The translations under genes and the position numbers were made by a program. A model generated the notes under the pieces. The model had not been told where the DNA came from and made no database searches. It worked only from the letters and a program-made list of their open reading frames with translations. From the IMG/VR virus record IMGVR_UViG_3300001687_000010: DNA of 64,000 bases, one strand, 5' to 3'. The DNA comes from a virus (taxonomy: Duplodnaviria; Heunggongvirae; Uroviricota; Caudoviricetes). Below, in pieces: positions 19,873 through 28,484 of the stretch (position 1 is its first letter; each line of letters starts with the position of its first letter).

Positions 19873-20694
19873 ATGGATAAAATCCAAACTGATTACACAG
19901 ATAAAATTCAGGAGGCTTATGAAAAAGTATTAGAGCAAACCCCATATAGCGGTACACATATTAACCATTCAAGTTCAGTATCGCATATTAAAAAGGTTTA
20001 CGGTAATACCTATAAAGTCGTTCAAAGCCCGAGTACAGGCTCATGGTATGTAATGGGCAAAAATGCAGGTGACTGGGTTCCGGTAACAACTCCATTTGCG
20101 AATAAGGAAATGGCTAACCAATTTAAGAGTTGGTTAGATGATTCCACTTCGGATACGCAACAAATGGTCGGAACAACTACAGGTGGGAAACGTATTAGAG
20201 ATAACAAGGATGGTACGGAACCGGCGGCCAGTACTTCTAAGTTAACTGAAGCTTGTGCAAAAAAGAAAAAGAAGATGACTGAAGAGGATGATAAAAAAGG
20301 CGCAAAGTATCAAGCCTTCTTCAAAAAAATGGCCAAAAAGATGGGAATCGACCCGGAAAAAATTGAGGATTTACCGGCCGATAAGAAAAAGAAGTTTTTC
20401 GATGCAGTAGATAAAGGTTGGAAAGCAGATAAAGAGACCGATGTTGATGAGTCAACTATGTTAAATGAACTTACCATACCATCTATTACAGATATGAAAA
20501 TCAAGTTAGGGCAAAGCGGAACATCATTTACTGCTTCATCGGATGGTTTTGATGATAGATATGATGGTCACTTTAAAGGGAGTTTTATGGGTATAGGTCA
20601 AACTCCAGATAAAGCATTATCCGACCTAATGAAAAATATCTATAAACATTATTCTAAAAGCCCACAAATGGGAAAAGGTCATAGGATTAGATAA
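19873..20694 (+). CDS. hypothetical protein with central Lys/Asp-rich segment
   Basis: 273-aa ORF with an AGGAGG RBS. Confidence 0.45.
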   Translation: MDKIQTDYTDKIQEAYEKVLEQTPYSGTHINHSSSVSHIKKVYGNTYKVVQSPSTGSWYVMGKNAGDWVPVTTPFANKEMANQFKSWLDDSTSDTQQMVGTTTGGKRIRDNKDGTEPAASTSKLTEACAKKKKKMTEEDDKKGAKYQAFFKKMAKKMGIDPEKIEDLPADKKKKFFDAVDKGWKADKETDVDESTMLNELTIPSITDMKIKLGQSGTSFTASSDGFDDRYDGHFKGSFMGIGQTPDKALSDLMKNIYKHYSKSPQMGKGHRIR

Positions 20695-20716
20695 TTAATA
20701 ATAAAGAGGTGACGTT

Positions 20717-21343
20717 ATGATATTAGAGACAATTCTCGGTGGCGTAACGGGTTTAATCGGCAATGTCGTGGGTGGAATTTTTAAATATAAGACCGCTAAA
20801 CTCCAAGCAGAGCACGATGAGAAAATGATTAAACTGGAAACAGAAGCAATGGTTATGGAGGCTAAAGCCAATATTGCCATTACACGAGCCACAGTAGAAG
20901 GAGAAATTGAAATAGCCGATAGTAAGGCTTATATGCACAGTCAGATTGCCGGGAATCAAAAATTATTCGGGCAAAAATGGATTGATATGCTATTGGGAAT
21001 CGAGGGTAAATGGAAAATTATTACGGTTCCAGTAGCCGTATTAGTATCATTTTTATTCGGATTCGTAGATTTTTTACGGGGAATAATGCGACCTGCGCTT
21101 ACCGCATATTTAATGGGTATGGCAACATATATAACTATATGGGCATATCATATAATGCAGGGTGCAGGAATAACCGTATCCACTGACCAAGCAGTTAAAA
21201 TATTTGAAGATACGACTTCGATTATTGTATACTTAACTGTTTCATGTGTAACGTGGTGGTTTGGTGACCGCAGAATGGCTAAAACGATTATGCAGATTAA
21301 AGGTGCGGATAGAACAAAAATCGATGACGATATAACGATATAA
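20717..21343 (+). CDS. multi-pass membrane protein, holin candidate
   Basis: N-terminal TM ILETILGGVTGLIGNVVGGIF, an amphipathic linker, then 3 further hydrophobic segments. Confidence 0.4.
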   Translation: MILETILGGVTGLIGNVVGGIFKYKTAKLQAEHDEKMIKLETEAMVMEAKANIAITRATVEGEIEIADSKAYMHSQIAGNQKLFGQKWIDMLLGIEGKWKIITVPVAVLVSFLFGFVDFLRGIMRPALTAYLMGMATYITIWAYHIMQGAGITVSTDQAVKIFEDTTSIIVYLTVSCVTWWFGDRRMAKTIMQIKGADRTKIDDDITI

Positions 21344-21353
21344 AGGAGATAAG

Positions 21354-21836
21354 ATGAGTTCGTTAATTGATAGAATAAACCAGATTATAAACGAGGTTGG
21401 TAGCCTTGATAATTGGATGGATAGAAAAAGAGAAATGGATGAAAGACCCGTCCAGATGTATAAATCCTTAAACGATGCCGCCATATATTTTCCAGAATTA
21501 AAAAAAGGCAGAACTGAGATTTGGTATAAAAAAGGCGAATATCAAATTATGGCTGATTGGGGATTGGGTTATAAATGGTTATTAAAAAATGACCTGCTCC
21601 CACGAAGCACTAAAGATATCCAAAACACCCATATACCACTTGGTAGCGTTCAGGGAACTAATTTAGAAAGAATATTCTATATAATGCAGGGCGAAAACTG
21701 GAGTCCAAATGGCGAGGCCAGAAACCTAATACGCAAAAAAGGTTTAAAACATACCAGTATGAGCGTGGGTGATATCGTTAAAGTCGGCAACAGTTGGAAT
21801 TTAGTGGACGGAGTCGGATTTAAGAAAATTCTATAA
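21354..21836 (+). CDS. hypothetical protein
   Basis: 160-aa ORF with a GGAGA RBS. Confidence 0.4.
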   Translation: MSSLIDRINQIINEVGSLDNWMDRKREMDERPVQMYKSLNDAAIYFPELKKGRTEIWYKKGEYQIMADWGLGYKWLLKNDLLPRSTKDIQNTHIPLGSVQGTNLERIFYIMQGENWSPNGEARNLIRKKGLKHTSMSVGDIVKVGNSWNLVDGVGFKKIL

Positions 21837-21859
21837 AAATACTTGACAAGGACGGTAAA

Positions 21860-22375
21860 ATGAGGTTAAATAGTTACTTAAAAGAGGATAAAAAGGTAGT
21901 CGGGCTTTTGGGTAAAAAACTGGAGAAACTTAAAAAAGAGCACGGATTTATTTCTAAATCCATGTTAACCAAACAAGAGCTTGAGCAACTTAAAAAATCA
22001 GGCGGAAAGGTTCAGGAAATGGTATCAGGCCCCGGAGCACTTGATGGTAAAAGTAAACAGGCGGCTAAAAACGCTATCCTTAAAGCAACTCAAAAGTTTA
22101 CCCATAATAAACTTTATAAAGACCAATATTGGCAAGGGCCAAATGGTGTTTTTAAAGAGTTTGATAATATGAACCTTAATTGGCAACTCGATAAAAACGA
22201 ATATCGTAAAGACCGGGATTCCGGTAAAACCACAAGCAAAGTATGGGATTTTACGATATGGTTTGATGATAATAAAGGCAAACAACAAAAGATAGGCGGA
22301 CAGGTTATTGCTTCCGGTGCCGGTAGTGTAAAAGACCCCTTAGACCGATATGATTTAGTGGTAACGGTTTGGTAA
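21860..22375 (+). CDS. leader-family protein (MRLNSYLKE)
   Basis: N-terminal motif. Confidence 0.5.
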   Translation: MRLNSYLKEDKKVVGLLGKKLEKLKKEHGFISKSMLTKQELEQLKKSGGKVQEMVSGPGALDGKSKQAAKNAILKATQKFTHNKLYKDQYWQGPNGVFKEFDNMNLNWQLDKNEYRKDRDSGKTTSKVWDFTIWFDDNKGKQQKIGGQVIASGAGSVKDPLDRYDLVVTVW

Positions 22376-22384
22376 GGAGTATTT

Positions 22385-22672
22385 ATGCGATTAAAAAATT
22401 ATTTATTGGAAGTCAAAGACTGGCAGAAAAAAAATAAACGATTTGAACTTGAGGTTAAGTATAGTAGTGATGCCGATAAAATTCCAATTTTATTTAGAGA
22501 TGCGGGACTTAAAATTGGGGATGATTGGGATTGGTTAACCTCAAATATTATAGGGATAGGCAAAAAGGCATTTGATGAGGTAGAGGATTGGCTAATGTTC
22601 GGTAAAAAGAACAAAGATGGTTCATGGCCGATAATGAGTGTAGGGACAATCCCACCTAATAAGAGAAAGTAA
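22385..22672 (+). CDS. leader-family protein (MRLKNYLLE)
   Basis: N-terminal motif. Confidence 0.5.
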   Translation: MRLKNYLLEVKDWQKKNKRFELEVKYSSDADKIPILFRDAGLKIGDDWDWLTSNIIGIGKKAFDEVEDWLMFGKKNKDGSWPIMSVGTIPPNKRK

Positions 22673-24009
22673 TGCGATTTAAACGATATCTTGCGGAGGC
22701 AAGGGAAATGTTTAAAGAGTGGCAAAAATATGTGCGTGATAATAAAGAACTTACCGCCGCTGTCGGTGTCCTTGATAAAATAAATAAGTCTGGATACAAG
22801 GCTTATATAGTGGGCGGAACGGTACGGGATATTATTCTCGGAAACCTTAAACCCCATGATATAGATATAGCAACAAATGCGCCTATGGATGAACTTGGGC
22901 GTATGTTTAAAACCTTTGATATTGGCAAGTCTCGTGACTTCGGTATCGTGGTTGTAAGGTACGGCTCATTTTCCTTTGAAGTAGCGCAATTTAGGCAAGA
23001 TGGAAAATATAAAGATGGACGCAGACCAGAAGCGGTTACAATTTCAGGCAGTTTTGAGCAGGATGCGGCAAGACGAGATTTTACAATTAATGCAATGGGC
23101 ATTAACGCCAGCGGAGAAATTATTGATTATTTTGATGGACGAAAAGATATCCAAAACAAAGTGCTTAAAACCGTTGGCGACCCTCGAGAGAGATTCGGTG
23201 AGGATTATCTCCGAATGCTCCGAGCACCAAGATTTGCTTCAAAACTGGCGGCATCACAAAGCGGTGATAAGTTTGCGGATTATATTGTCCAGTTGGATAA
23301 ACTTAAACTTTTAAAATATATTCTGCCGGAAGTCGGAAACCTAAAATGGTTTAGGGAAAACTTAAAACATCATCCCGAAACAAAGGGGGAAGGTGGAACA
23401 GTATATAGTCACGTATTAGCTGCCCTGAGAAAGAGCGATACTGCCGACCCTATAAAGAATTTGGCTATATTATTACATGATGTCGGCAAGGGTGTGACGT
23501 TTGCTCAAAAAGAAGGGCTTCCTACTTATTTTGAACACGCTAAAATGGGCATCGAGCTTGTGCGCCATATTGCTAACCGACTTAGAATGAGCAATAAAGA
23601 TAAGGACGCTTTATTATTCGCAGTCGGCAACCATATGAAGTTTCATAATATCCTAAAAATGAGGCCATCTAAAGTTGCTAAACTTGTAAACGATGACCAC
23701 TGGGATGTTCTAATAGCGGTAGCCAGAGCAGACGAATTTGCACGTGGCGAAACCTTTATGTATAAAGGTGAATTTGAAAAAATAGTTGATAAGGCCATCA
23801 AAATTAAAGAAAAATTTGGTATGCCTGTCGTTAACAAACAGTTAAAACTCGTGGACGGTAAACACGTTATGAATCTTACCAGCCTTAAACCGGGGCCAAA
23901 AATTGGTGAGGTTATTCGTAAAGCAACAGAGTGGATTATGGATAACGATATTACCGACCAAGGAAAAATAGATAATTATATTAAAAAAATTGCGGGAGAA
24001 GCAAAATGA
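22672..24009 (+). CDS. tRNA nucleotidyltransferase (CCA-adding enzyme) with HD domain, carrying the N-terminal leader MRFKRYLAE
   Basis: GGTVRD, DIDIAT, RRDFTINA and RMLRAPRFA head-domain motifs. HDVGKG HD motif present. Confidence 0.85.
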   Translation: MRFKRYLAEAREMFKEWQKYVRDNKELTAAVGVLDKINKSGYKAYIVGGTVRDIILGNLKPHDIDIATNAPMDELGRMFKTFDIGKSRDFGIVVVRYGSFSFEVAQFRQDGKYKDGRRPEAVTISGSFEQDAARRDFTINAMGINASGEIIDYFDGRKDIQNKVLKTVGDPRERFGEDYLRMLRAPRFASKLAASQSGDKFADYIVQLDKLKLLKYILPEVGNLKWFRENLKHHPETKGEGGTVYSHVLAALRKSDTADPIKNLAILLHDVGKGVTFAQKEGLPTYFEHAKMGIELVRHIANRLRMSNKDKDALLFAVGNHMKFHNILKMRPSKVAKLVNDDHWDVLIAVARADEFARGETFMYKGEFEKIVDKAIKIKEKFGMPVVNKQLKLVDGKHVMNLTSLKPGPKIGEVIRKATEWIMDNDITDQGKIDNYIKKIAGEAK

Positions 24010-24302
24010 CTAAATGGAATAAATTAGATGAATATGCCAGTGAGATTGAGGCATATGAAAACGTATTAAATGAAAAATGGAATAAAGAAGAAATTTCGGA
24101 AGGTTTAAAGTGGAAAAAATTATCACCTAACGAATACGAAGCAGTTGGTAAAAAGGTAATTTTTTATGCTATGAAAAAAGGCGGAATATATAGCCTGCTT
24201 GTTTTAGATAAAAAAGGCAAAGGCGATGATGACCCTATTGACTGGTTAGATGCTGATAGCATAGAAGATGCCAAAGCTCAAGCTGAAAAATATAAGGAGT
24301 AA
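24006..24302 (+). CDS. hypothetical protein
   Basis: 98-aa ORF. Confidence 0.4.
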   Translation: MTKWNKLDEYASEIEAYENVLNEKWNKEEISEGLKWKKLSPNEYEAVGKKVIFYAMKKGGIYSLLVLDKKGKGDDDPIDWLDADSIEDAKAQAEKYKE

Positions 24303-24305
24303 ATA

Positions 24306-24971
24306 ATGCGATTTAAAAATTTTCTAAACGAAAAAAAATTTGCTATTGAAGTCTCTGTAAGGGACGCAAGGCGAGCATTAGCTTTGTTAAAAGATGAACG
24401 CATTCCATATAAACCAGATGGGTCTAATTATTATATTTTTAAAACTATGGATGCCCTTTTAAATGCGGAAGATGCTTTTAAACGGGGCAAAATTGAAGTC
24501 CTTGGTATTACAGAATCGGCAGAATCGGTAGAGATTGCTTATACTGATTTGCGTAAAAACAAACGAATGCGCAAAAAGTTTAAAGACCAAAAAGCCCTTG
24601 AAAAATGGCTCGATAAAATGGAAGGCAATATTATTGTTGACGCTTATCTAAATGAAGCCAAAACTATAAAATCCCGTAATGGCATATGGGGTTTTTATAA
24701 CGAGGCACATAGACGGCTCGGTAACGAAAAACTGGCAAAAGAGGCTTTCAGCAAAGCCGCTAATGCACTTATGATGGCAATGAAAGTTAAAGATACAGTA
24801 GCAAGGGATTTTCTTGATTCAAGAGGTGGGCGGCATTTGGCAGATTCTTTAACTGATGCCAATTTAGCAAATCCGAATGTTGTAAATATGATAAAACATC
24901 CGTGGCTTAAAGCAGAGTTTAAGCGTTTTATGAAAGATTACGACCCGGCAGAGTTTACGGCAAGTTTATAA
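24306..24971 (+). CDS. leader-family protein (MRFKNFLNE)
   Basis: N-terminal motif. 221 aa. Confidence 0.5.
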   Translation: MRFKNFLNEKKFAIEVSVRDARRALALLKDERIPYKPDGSNYYIFKTMDALLNAEDAFKRGKIEVLGITESAESVEIAYTDLRKNKRMRKKFKDQKALEKWLDKMEGNIIVDAYLNEAKTIKSRNGIWGFYNEAHRRLGNEKLAKEAFSKAANALMMAMKVKDTVARDFLDSRGGRHLADSLTDANLANPNVVNMIKHPWLKAEFKRFMKDYDPAEFTASL

Positions 24972-24972
24972 A

Positions 24973-25281
24973 ATGAGATTTAAACGCTATTTACAAGAAT
25001 CTAAAATGACCGATGTGGAAGCATTATCAATCTTCGGCTTAACGCCGGATGATTTAGGGAATAGTGCGCTTATAAAAAAGCGTTATCGGGATTTGGTTAA
25101 GACATATCACCCCGATAAAATCGGCAAAAATGATATGATGGTAAAAGTAAATTTAGCTTATGAGATAATTAAAAAACTTAAACCGAGTAAGATATCGGAC
25201 AAGGATGTGGAAAATCTAATGGCTGATTTATATCCCATCTTTAAAAAACCTAAACATAAATTTAAGGGAGTATACGCATGA
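24973..25281 (+). CDS. J-domain (DnaJ-like) protein with leader MRFKRYLQE
   Basis: KRYRDLVKTYHPDK...VNLAYEII matches the J-domain helix II / HPD / helix III pattern. Confidence 0.65.
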   Translation: MRFKRYLQESKMTDVEALSIFGLTPDDLGNSALIKKRYRDLVKTYHPDKIGKNDMMVKVNLAYEIIKKLKPSKISDKDVENLMADLYPIFKKPKHKFKGVYA

Positions 25282-25481
25282 GTAAATTTGAAAAATATAT
25301 TACAGAAGGTTCCATGTCATGGAGAGGGGAAAAAGCTAAAGCCACTATGGAAATTGCTTATGGAGAACCAGCCGTGAGGATTAAATCCAAAGGAATGGAT
25401 ATTAGAATATTGTTACCAAAAGAGGCGATAAATTTCCCAACAAAATTTGATACAGTAGTAGATGTAAGCGTTCAGGTATAA
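25278..25481 (+). CDS. leader-family small protein (MSKFEKYITE)
   Basis: Variant of the N-terminal motif. Confidence 0.45.
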   Translation: MSKFEKYITEGSMSWRGEKAKATMEIAYGEPAVRIKSKGMDIRILLPKEAINFPTKFDTVVDVSVQV

Positions 25482-25483
25482 TT

Positions 25484-25597
25484 ATGAGATTTAAAAATTA
25501 TCTAACCGAATCCATGAGCAGATATTGCCATATTTATAAAGCCAAAAACCGTAAATGGTATGTTGATTTGGCCGATACCGGGTGGTTATTCAACTGA
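25484..25597 (+). CDS. short leader-family ORF (MRFKNYLTE...), probably frameshifted
   Basis: 37 codons, then a stop. The +1 frame stays open for another about 35 codons, to roughly 25700. Confidence 0.3.
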   Translation: MRFKNYLTESMSRYCHIYKAKNRKWYVDLADTGWLFN

Positions 25598-25700
25598 TAA
25601 ATCAGGAAAACACCCGACACCTAAAAGGTCGCCTAATGGTTCCCCTATTAGAGAACCAAGTGCTAATAGAAGACCTTCATATAGTTATTAAGGAGTAATT

Positions 25701-25964
25701 ATGAGATTTAAAGAATATATAACTGAGGCTGATAATAAACATTGGATTACCAGTATTACAAGTGCAACTCATGAGTATATGTTTTTAGGTGGTGGATATA
25801 AAGGCAAGCCTGAAAATGATGAGGCGAGAAAAAAAGCCATTCAAATTAGAAAAAAATATCCAGAATTGAAAAGCGGGACGATTAAACAATTCAAATTTAG
25901 GGAAAATGAAATAAGGGGCAAACTTGATAAATTAAGAGAATTGCCTGAAGGAGCAAAAAGATAA
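25701..25964 (+). CDS. leader-family protein (MRFKEYITE)
   Basis: N-terminal motif. Confidence 0.5.
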   Translation: MRFKEYITEADNKHWITSITSATHEYMFLGGGYKGKPENDEARKKAIQIRKKYPELKSGTIKQFKFRENEIRGKLDKLRELPEGAKR

Positions 25965-26485
25965 TGAGGTTTACAAGGTTTCTTAAAGAAAGTGTAATAG
26001 ACGATGCTCTAAAAGTTGATGAGCCGTCTGTCCGCAGAAAATATAGCGAAGAGGGTGTAAAGAAAAAATTAGACCTTATTCAAAAAGCTATTAAAGAATT
26101 GCGTAATAACGATAAATACGATGATGATGCTAAAGACGCTATTATGGCGGATTTAGAAGATAAACAAGATAAATGGAGTAACGTGGACTCTGAAACAAAA
26201 CCACCTAAACCAGTTGCACCACCTCCTGAAGGTGAAGCGGAACCGAAAACTGATGCGGAAGTTGCGGCCGCAGAAAAAGAAGATGAAATAGCACAAAAAG
26301 AAGAAGATAAGGCTAAACAAAAAGAGGATGAAAAGGCCGCAAAAGAAGAGGAGTTGGCGAAAAAGAAAGAGGATAAGGCCAAAAAAGAAGAAGAGAAAAA
26401 GAAGAAAAACATGGAACGTGCGGAAATGGCCGCAAAAAAGAAAAACGAGGAGCGACTAATTAAGTCTAAAATCTCTTTAAAATGA
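25964..26485 (+). CDS. leader-family protein (MRFTRFLKE) with highly charged K/E/D-rich C-terminal half
   Basis: N-terminal motif. Low-complexity KEED repeats. Confidence 0.5.
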   Translation: MRFTRFLKESVIDDALKVDEPSVRRKYSEEGVKKKLDLIQKAIKELRNNDKYDDDAKDAIMADLEDKQDKWSNVDSETKPPKPVAPPPEGEAEPKTDAEVAAAEKEDEIAQKEEDKAKQKEDEKAAKEEELAKKKEDKAKKEEEKKKKNMERAEMAAKKKNEERLIKSKISLK

Positions 26486-27906
26486 AATATGAAAAGTATT
26501 TAACCCCTAAAGAAGAGGGTACTTTATACGAAGAATATATAACACATTTACTAAGCGAGGCTAAAGGTAAGCTTCGCTTTGTTGTAATAACAGATGAACC
26601 GGAAACCGATTCAGAATTATTTTATACTGCTCGCCGGATTTTAGATGAATCCGGCAAAAAGGGATATGGCGCATATGCTGTAATGGTTGACGGTGCTTAT
26701 ATTAAAGTTGAAGATGGTGTACGCACTATCCATAATGCGGATGATAAAAAAGGTTTTAAAATACAAAATGAAGATACTGTTTGTATAATCCGTGGCTCGA
26801 TTACCCGTAAAGACAGTTGGCTTGATTTAGTAACACAAATGGAAAAGGCCAATATTTGTTGCGTAAACAGTCGAGAATGTATAGAAGTATGTGCTGATAA
26901 ATATAGAACCTATCTCCGGTTGAATGAATATGGTTTAAACCAACCTAAAACCGTTTTAATCCCCAATAAAGGTTATCTTGAGCAGGCTGTCGAGAATTTA
27001 GATATTAAAAAATTCCCAATGATTTTAAAAACATTGAGGGGTTCTAAAGGCATCGGTGTTGTGTTTATTGAATCCGAAAGGTCATTGGACGCCATTGTTC
27101 AGTTAGCATATAAAAGCGATGAATGGGCAGAATTGCTCTTACAGGAGTATATTGAAACCGATAAGGATATTAGAGTACTGGTTTTAGGTGGTAAAGTTTT
27201 AGCATCCATGCAAAGAGAGGTTATTCCCGGTGATTTTAGGTCTAATTTTTCACGTGGGGGCAAAGTTAAAAAGTTTAAGTTAACCTCTTATGAGATAGAG
27301 CAATGTATTTTAGCCGCTAAAGCGGTAAATGGCGTATATGTTGCCGTTGATTTTATACCGGGGAAAAATAGGGATAAAGACCAACCGTTTATTCTTGAAG
27401 TAAACTCATCACCGGGGTCAGAAGGCATAGAAAAGGCCACTGGTGAAAATGTAATAGGTGATATGCTAATGTACTTCGAAGACCCCAAGAATCGCTATTC
27501 AGTGCCTTCTGAGGTAGGTTATAAAGAGATTGTAACCATAGAACCCTTCGGTCAGGTGATTGCTAAATTTGATACGGGCAATTCGGGTGAAAATGTTATC
27601 CATGCCGAAAATATGAAGATTAAGGGCAAAAAGGTAACATGGACGCTAAATGATAAAACGATTACAAGCGATATAATAGATAAAATAAAAATTAAAGTGG
27701 GTGGACTTCGTGATTACCCAGAGGAAAGAGTTTTAATCCATTTAGATGTGGAATTTTTAGGAACCATATATAAGGATGTACCGTTTACTCTGGATGATAG
27801 AGAGCACAGGTCACCAGTGCTTTTAGAACGCCAGTTTATGAGCAGATTAAATGTAATGGTTAACCCACGAAGACGTTATATCGTAACAACAAAATATAGT
27901 TTATAA
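26482..27906 (+). CDS. ATP-grasp enzyme (RimK/glutathione-synthetase-like) with leader-like N-terminus MKYEKYL
   Basis: ATP-grasp signatures are present: GSKGIGVVFIE, EYIETDKDIRVLVLGGKV and DFIPG...ILEVNSSPG. A 130-aa C-terminal extension follows. Confidence 0.7.
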   Translation: MKYEKYLTPKEEGTLYEEYITHLLSEAKGKLRFVVITDEPETDSELFYTARRILDESGKKGYGAYAVMVDGAYIKVEDGVRTIHNADDKKGFKIQNEDTVCIIRGSITRKDSWLDLVTQMEKANICCVNSRECIEVCADKYRTYLRLNEYGLNQPKTVLIPNKGYLEQAVENLDIKKFPMILKTLRGSKGIGVVFIESERSLDAIVQLAYKSDEWAELLLQEYIETDKDIRVLVLGGKVLASMQREVIPGDFRSNFSRGGKVKKFKLTSYEIEQCILAAKAVNGVYVAVDFIPGKNRDKDQPFILEVNSSPGSEGIEKATGENVIGDMLMYFEDPKNRYSVPSEVGYKEIVTIEPFGQVIAKFDTGNSGENVIHAENMKIKGKKVTWTLNDKTITSDIIDKIKIKVGGLRDYPEERVLIHLDVEFLGTIYKDVPFTLDDREHRSPVLLERQFMSRLNVMVNPRRRYIVTTKYSL

Positions 27907-27915
27907 TGAGGTAAA

Positions 27916-28110
27916 ATGGAAAAATATCAAAAATATTTGAAAACTAATATAGATGAATCTTTTTTTTCAGACCCAAGAAATAAGAAAAAAGCACAAGGAT
28001 GGTTTGATTCTTTATGGAGAGAAGCGGATAGCGCAGATAGAAAAGGGCAAAAAGATTACGCAGATGGTATGAGAACTGTATTACACGCATTTAGGCAATC
28101 ATTTCTATGA
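27916..28110 (+). CDS. hypothetical small protein (MEKYQKYLKTN; weak leader-like)
   Basis: 64-aa ORF. Confidence 0.35.
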   Translation: MEKYQKYLKTNIDESFFSDPRNKKKAQGWFDSLWREADSADRKGQKDYADGMRTVLHAFRQSFL

Positions 28111-28484
28111 GATTAAAACGATACTTACAAGAAGCAATAACACTTGATATAGAAATAGGCGATACTGTTTTAGGCGGAAAGTTTAAAAACAAGCGTGTTG
28201 TCGTTAAAGAGATAGGCAAAAATGAGAAAGGGGACTGGACTATCAACGGCAAGCCTTTATTAAAATTCAGGATATTACCCAAAGAAGAAGTAACAGAAGC
28301 ATCAAAAACTTGTTGGAAATGTGGCGCAAAAGAACGCAAATGGGGACATAGAACAGTTGATGGAAAGGATTATTGTAATAAATGTTTTAAAAAACTCCCG
28401 AAAGAAAAACAAGAAGAATGGTTAAAAGCGCATAAACAAAAAGATAAAGACCTTGAAAAACGGATGATGGATTTATTAAAATGA
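28107..28484 (+). CDS. leader-family protein (MRLKRYLQE) with C-terminal zinc ribbon
   Basis: N-terminal motif. C-terminal motif CWKCG...CNKC. Confidence 0.5.
   Translation: MRLKRYLQEAITLDIEIGDTVLGGKFKNKRVVVKEIGKNEKGDWTINGKPLLKFRILPKEEVTEASKTCWKCGAKERKWGHRTVDGKDYCNKCFKKLPKEKQEEWLKAHKQKDKDLEKRMMDLLK

Noticed and set aside
26080-26412. Apparent DNA repeat or minus-strand ORF inside the 25964-26485 gene
   Set aside because: The repetitiveness is amino-acid low complexity (K/E/D/A-rich) in the plus-strand protein. The minus ORF is its antisense shadow.
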